DNA from: Blepharisma stoltei ATCC 30299
Taxonomy: Eukaryota > Protista > Ciliophora
Assembly: GCA_965603825.1 (NCBI GenBank)
Contig: CBFDEM010000015.1
Span: 186,001 to 250,000 of the forward strand
Direction of reading: 5' to 3'
DNA length: 64,000 nt
Shown: positions 60,660 to 64,000 of the stretch, one piece after another
How the letters are laid out: each line of letters starts with the position of its first letter
How positions within the stretch are numbered: the stretch's first letter is position 1
Translations under genes and position numbers: made by a program
Notes under the pieces: generated by a model
What the model saw: only the letters and a program-made list of their open reading frames with translations
Told to the model about the DNA's origin: nothing
Databases searched by the model: none

Positions 60660-63600
60660 TTAACGGTATTTCATTAATTTCGCAACAAATCTTTTGGCAA
60701 AAATTTTTCTCATAGCCTTTTTTAAACTATCTGAAGCTAGAATATACAAGCGTTTCTGTCATGATATCTGCTTCTTTTTATTTTCTGTTCCTCTGCTGCT
60801 TCTTATTTTTGCTACATCTTTTGGCTTAAACTTTATATTCATTAATGCTCCGGATTTCACCTTTAAAAGTATTTTCATCATAACTTTTTCAAAGATAGGC
60901 ATCCCTTTCCTATATTTTATCAATTTTTTATAGCTAATTCTTTTTCTTTTGTCATCTCCAAGCTTCTTTCCAAAGCTCATGTCACTATTAAAAATAATTT
61001 TCTCGTCAAATGGAATGAAAAGTTCAGTTTCTGAAGGAACACTGTCAGGTAAAGTTAATAAGCTTGGGTAAGGAGAATAGTTTTGCGGCCTGTCTGAGTT
61101 TGGAGTTTGTACCCTGGCTTTGTGTTTTGCAATAAATTTCAGTCTTTCTTTTAGTCCGTAATCATACTGCTGCATTATTTTGGTAGGATTGATTAATGGT
61201 TTCTTTTTTTCTTCTATTACTGCGCTCTTGCTGGACGGCTTCCAAGGAGGTCTGCCGGAGTTAAGGGCAACTTCTAATGCTTTTTCTTTTTCTGGCTCTT
61301 TTTCTTTATGAACTTTTGGCTTAGAAATCATGCTCTGGATCAGCTTTTTCTGGTAATCTGAGTTATCGAAACTTCTTTGTAGTGAGTGGTCGGCAAATAG
61401 ATTAGACCTGCTCGTTTCATTTTGGTCCTTAACTTCTGGGGTTTTAAATGCAGGCTGGGAGATGTTAAAAAGCCTGAGTTTAGTTGGGGTTGAGCTTGGA
61501 GTTCTTAAAGCATCAAAGTCTTCAAGATCCATTGGATGAGACCTCTGCTCGCTCGGCAAGTCTAAGATAAATTTATCTGAATAAGTTGGTGAAATAAATT
61601 CTAATTTTTGTTTATCTTTTTCTGATAGCTGCATATGCAAGTTAGGAAAGACAGACAAGAAGTTAAACGAGCTTGAACTCAGAAATGGATTTGCTGTGTG
61701 GCGAACTGGAAAGATGTCAATTGGAGGCATATGAACCATTTCTTCATCCTGCCGCAAGATTTCTGGGGTGTTGTTTGAAGTAGCATCAGTTGTATTAGGT
61801 AGGCTTATAATGCTATATACCCTTTTTTTCCCATCTTCCATAAAGCTACTCCATGCTTCGCTTAGAACGTTCAATTGTACAATTTGCAAGTACCTTTCAA
61901 GAGTCTGAAACTTTTCTTCAAGCGCTGAATCTTTATCATTCTTTATTCGTTCAAAATCGCTGTTGTTGTCTTGGCTAAGTTTTGTGCTTGAAGCAGATTC
62001 AGCTAAAGTTTCTTCTTGGCTTTTATAATAAACGTCAACAGAATAATCATGAATGATTTTGAAAACTTTTGATTTAACCCGCTTTACGCTCAAACTGATT
62101 CTTGTAAAAATTATTTTTGCGATCAATCTTTTTTTATAATCTTGGTTAAATTCATTAATTCTTACAAAATCGGTATTCTTTTTCCATATCTTTATGGATT
62201 GCTTAAAATAAGTTCTTTCATATAAAAGAATGCATTTTTTCAAAATTCTCCCAGTAGCTTTTTGGTCACTATCTTTTTCTTTTGCTGATATAGTAAGACT
62301 TTTAAGCCCAAGATTTAAATTTCGAGTCCTTATTTTTGAAAGTAAACTAACCAATTTGTAGATGTGAAATTTATTTTCGTCAAATGAGCTAATACTTGAT
62401 CATTTATCAAATGCTATATTGATTGCTTTTCTGTTCATGTCTTTAATTAGCTGCTTTAGGGTCAAAAAAGCTGTTTTTCTTTGCAGGCAAAAAATCTCTC
62501 TTCCTTTTATTAAGGTAAAAGCCATTAATTTCTGTTTATAGCATAAAGTTGAAATTTCATGCCAAATTTCTCTAATTCCTTCTATTTTTCGTTGATCATA
62601 GATTGAGTCATCCTTTCAGCTCAAATTAGAAAATCTTTTAATCAGTTGAAATGCATAAGCTTCACCTCCAATTCTATATTTATGATAGAATTTTCCAATT
62701 GCCCCAGACATTAAGACTGCTGATAGGGTCTTTTCACACATTTTTTGTACACTTACAAATTCTTTTATTTTCAAAAAACTGCTTTTTATTATTGGGCTGA
62801 TTATAAGAGATATTAATTTTGCTAGTTTTTCTTTTCTTTCGAATTCATTGCGATATTGAATTATTTTCACTATTGTTTTGTCATTGTTGCCTTTTGGATA
62901 AAGCCTTTCTAAATCTTCATGCCCCTCGATATTGGTGAGATCTAAAGAACTTCTTAGACTTGATCGTAAAGAAAGATTTTTTTCCATTTTGTAGTCAATT
63001 GAGTCAAAAACCGAGCCGATCAGCTTAGTTGTGCACTCTGATCTCTTATAAGGAGAAAGTTCATCTATAAATGTAGCAATATTTTTATATCCTGGCTCTT
63101 CAGCTTCATATAAAAGCCCAGCTATATGTGAAGAAGTAGAGATCAGGCTCAGCCTTGTAGAGTACTCACTGTCAATACTATAAACCCTTCCTATCCAATA
63201 AGCAAGCTGACAGTCACACAAATCAGAGTTAGTTGAAAGCATGCTTTGGACTTTTTCTCTTCATTCATACATACAATTTGAATTTCTTGAATACCCATAC
63301 ACTACCTCTAGCGTGCTTGCTATAAAATTAATATCATTTCCATAATTGACAGGAAGCTTTACTAAGTCCATGCAATCGTCAAAAACATAAACTTCTCCAG
63401 AATCTGTAAGTGTTGCAATATAATTAGTCCCACAGCATACAAAAATCGTCGAATATTTCTCTAATTCTGGTAATGTATAAGGATAATTCCCGGCTCCTTT
63501 TTTTGGTGAAGGAGTTGAGAGTCTTCTTACTACTGATGATCGTCTTGAATTAGTGTAATTGTGAGCGCTTCCAATAATCCCGTATAAGTACACATAGCAT

Positions 63601-64000
63601 CCGTCTGTACATATGCAAGTAAAAGAAGGCCCACATATTACTTGTTTGGCTTTAAAAATTTTTGCGCTTTCAACGATCTGCGGTGGCTGATTGCTGATTG
63701 TAAAGCCAAGAGTCCCAAGCTCGCCTTGAGAACCAGTTCCCCACGTAAAAAGATGACCCATAGAGTCGATTACAGCAGCATGTGTTTTTCCTAAGGAACC
63801 TTGAACTATTTCAGAAAGTTGAGGAACTTTAATAGGGTTTTCCGATAAAAATAGACCAGGCTCCACAAAAAGTCCACTTTGATTGGAGTCTTCGCCTCAG
63901 ATGAAAACTTCTCCTTGAATATTTATCATCATCCCCATCATATCATTGCATGATATATTTTTTATGGTATTTTGGATGAAAATTTCTTTAAGGTGGCCTT
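60660..64000 (-). CDS. RCC1-repeat protein with long helical/low-complexity C-terminus (5' end outside the window)
   Basis: GEVFI[TGA=W]G, SLGKTHAAVIDSMGHLFTWGTGSQGELG, VICGPSFT RCC1 repeats. Track ORFs join via TGA; true stop is TAA at 60660-60662. Confidence 0.85.

Noticed and set aside
128-60933. Many short antisense ORFs in the track (e.g. 128-349, 1078-1290, 3495-4004, 15356-16060, 17860-18282, 43126-43479, 53558-53800)
   Set aside because: They are Ser/Phe/Leu-rich shadows of real genes on the opposite strand, with no independent motifs.
11275-64000. Initial impression of widespread pseudogenisation or a bacterial/organellar (Mycoplasma-like) genome
   Set aside because: Fragments join in frame at TGA only, and gene content (RPL35, Nup160, RBM22, VAP) and spliceosomal introns are nuclear eukaryotic.
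1-64000. tRNA, rRNA, CRISPR arrays, transposase or reverse transcriptase genes
   Set aside because: No recognisable signatures found by inspection.

Overview
This is AT-rich, gene-dense eukaryotic DNA that reads as the somatic (macronuclear) genome of a heterotrich ciliate of the Blepharisma type. The organism call is an inference from two features visible in the sequence. (1) TGA encodes Trp: it occupies invariant Trp positions in several protein families, while intact genes end in TAA or TAG. (2) Introns are tiny, mostly 15 nt GT...A(10)...TAG. The supplied ORF track uses the standard code, so it fragments most genes. Re-reading gives about 33 genes. These include a SPATA20/YyaL thioredoxin, two inverted near-identical C2H2 zinc-finger paralogs, VAP/MSP, CCA-adding enzyme, a CCT-domain protein, an SK-like K+ channel, an axonemal dynein light chain/EF-hand protein and a TPR+IQ protein. 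Also present are Nup160, Kelch and LRR proteins, a Med11-like protein, a PAS-domain membrane protein, RBM22/Slt11, RPL35, an SDF2-like MIR protein, a giant coiled coil, a DUF229 hydrolase, a GST-like protein and an RCC1 protein. The 47-52.4 kb interval is a duplication and decay zone with MIR relics, two nucleoredoxin pseudogenes and a SPRY pseudogene. The most notable items are: a spliceosomal RBM22/Slt11 reduced to its N-terminal zinc domain (no CCCH or RRM) in a genome with 15-nt introns; two genes whose frame is restored only by a 17-nt intron that skips a perfect 15-nt acceptor (TAG/AG tandem acceptors); a golgin-like protein carrying a Sec16 C-terminal-like motif; and two unexplained structured non-coding islands. 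All family calls come from motif recognition by eye; no database searches were run.
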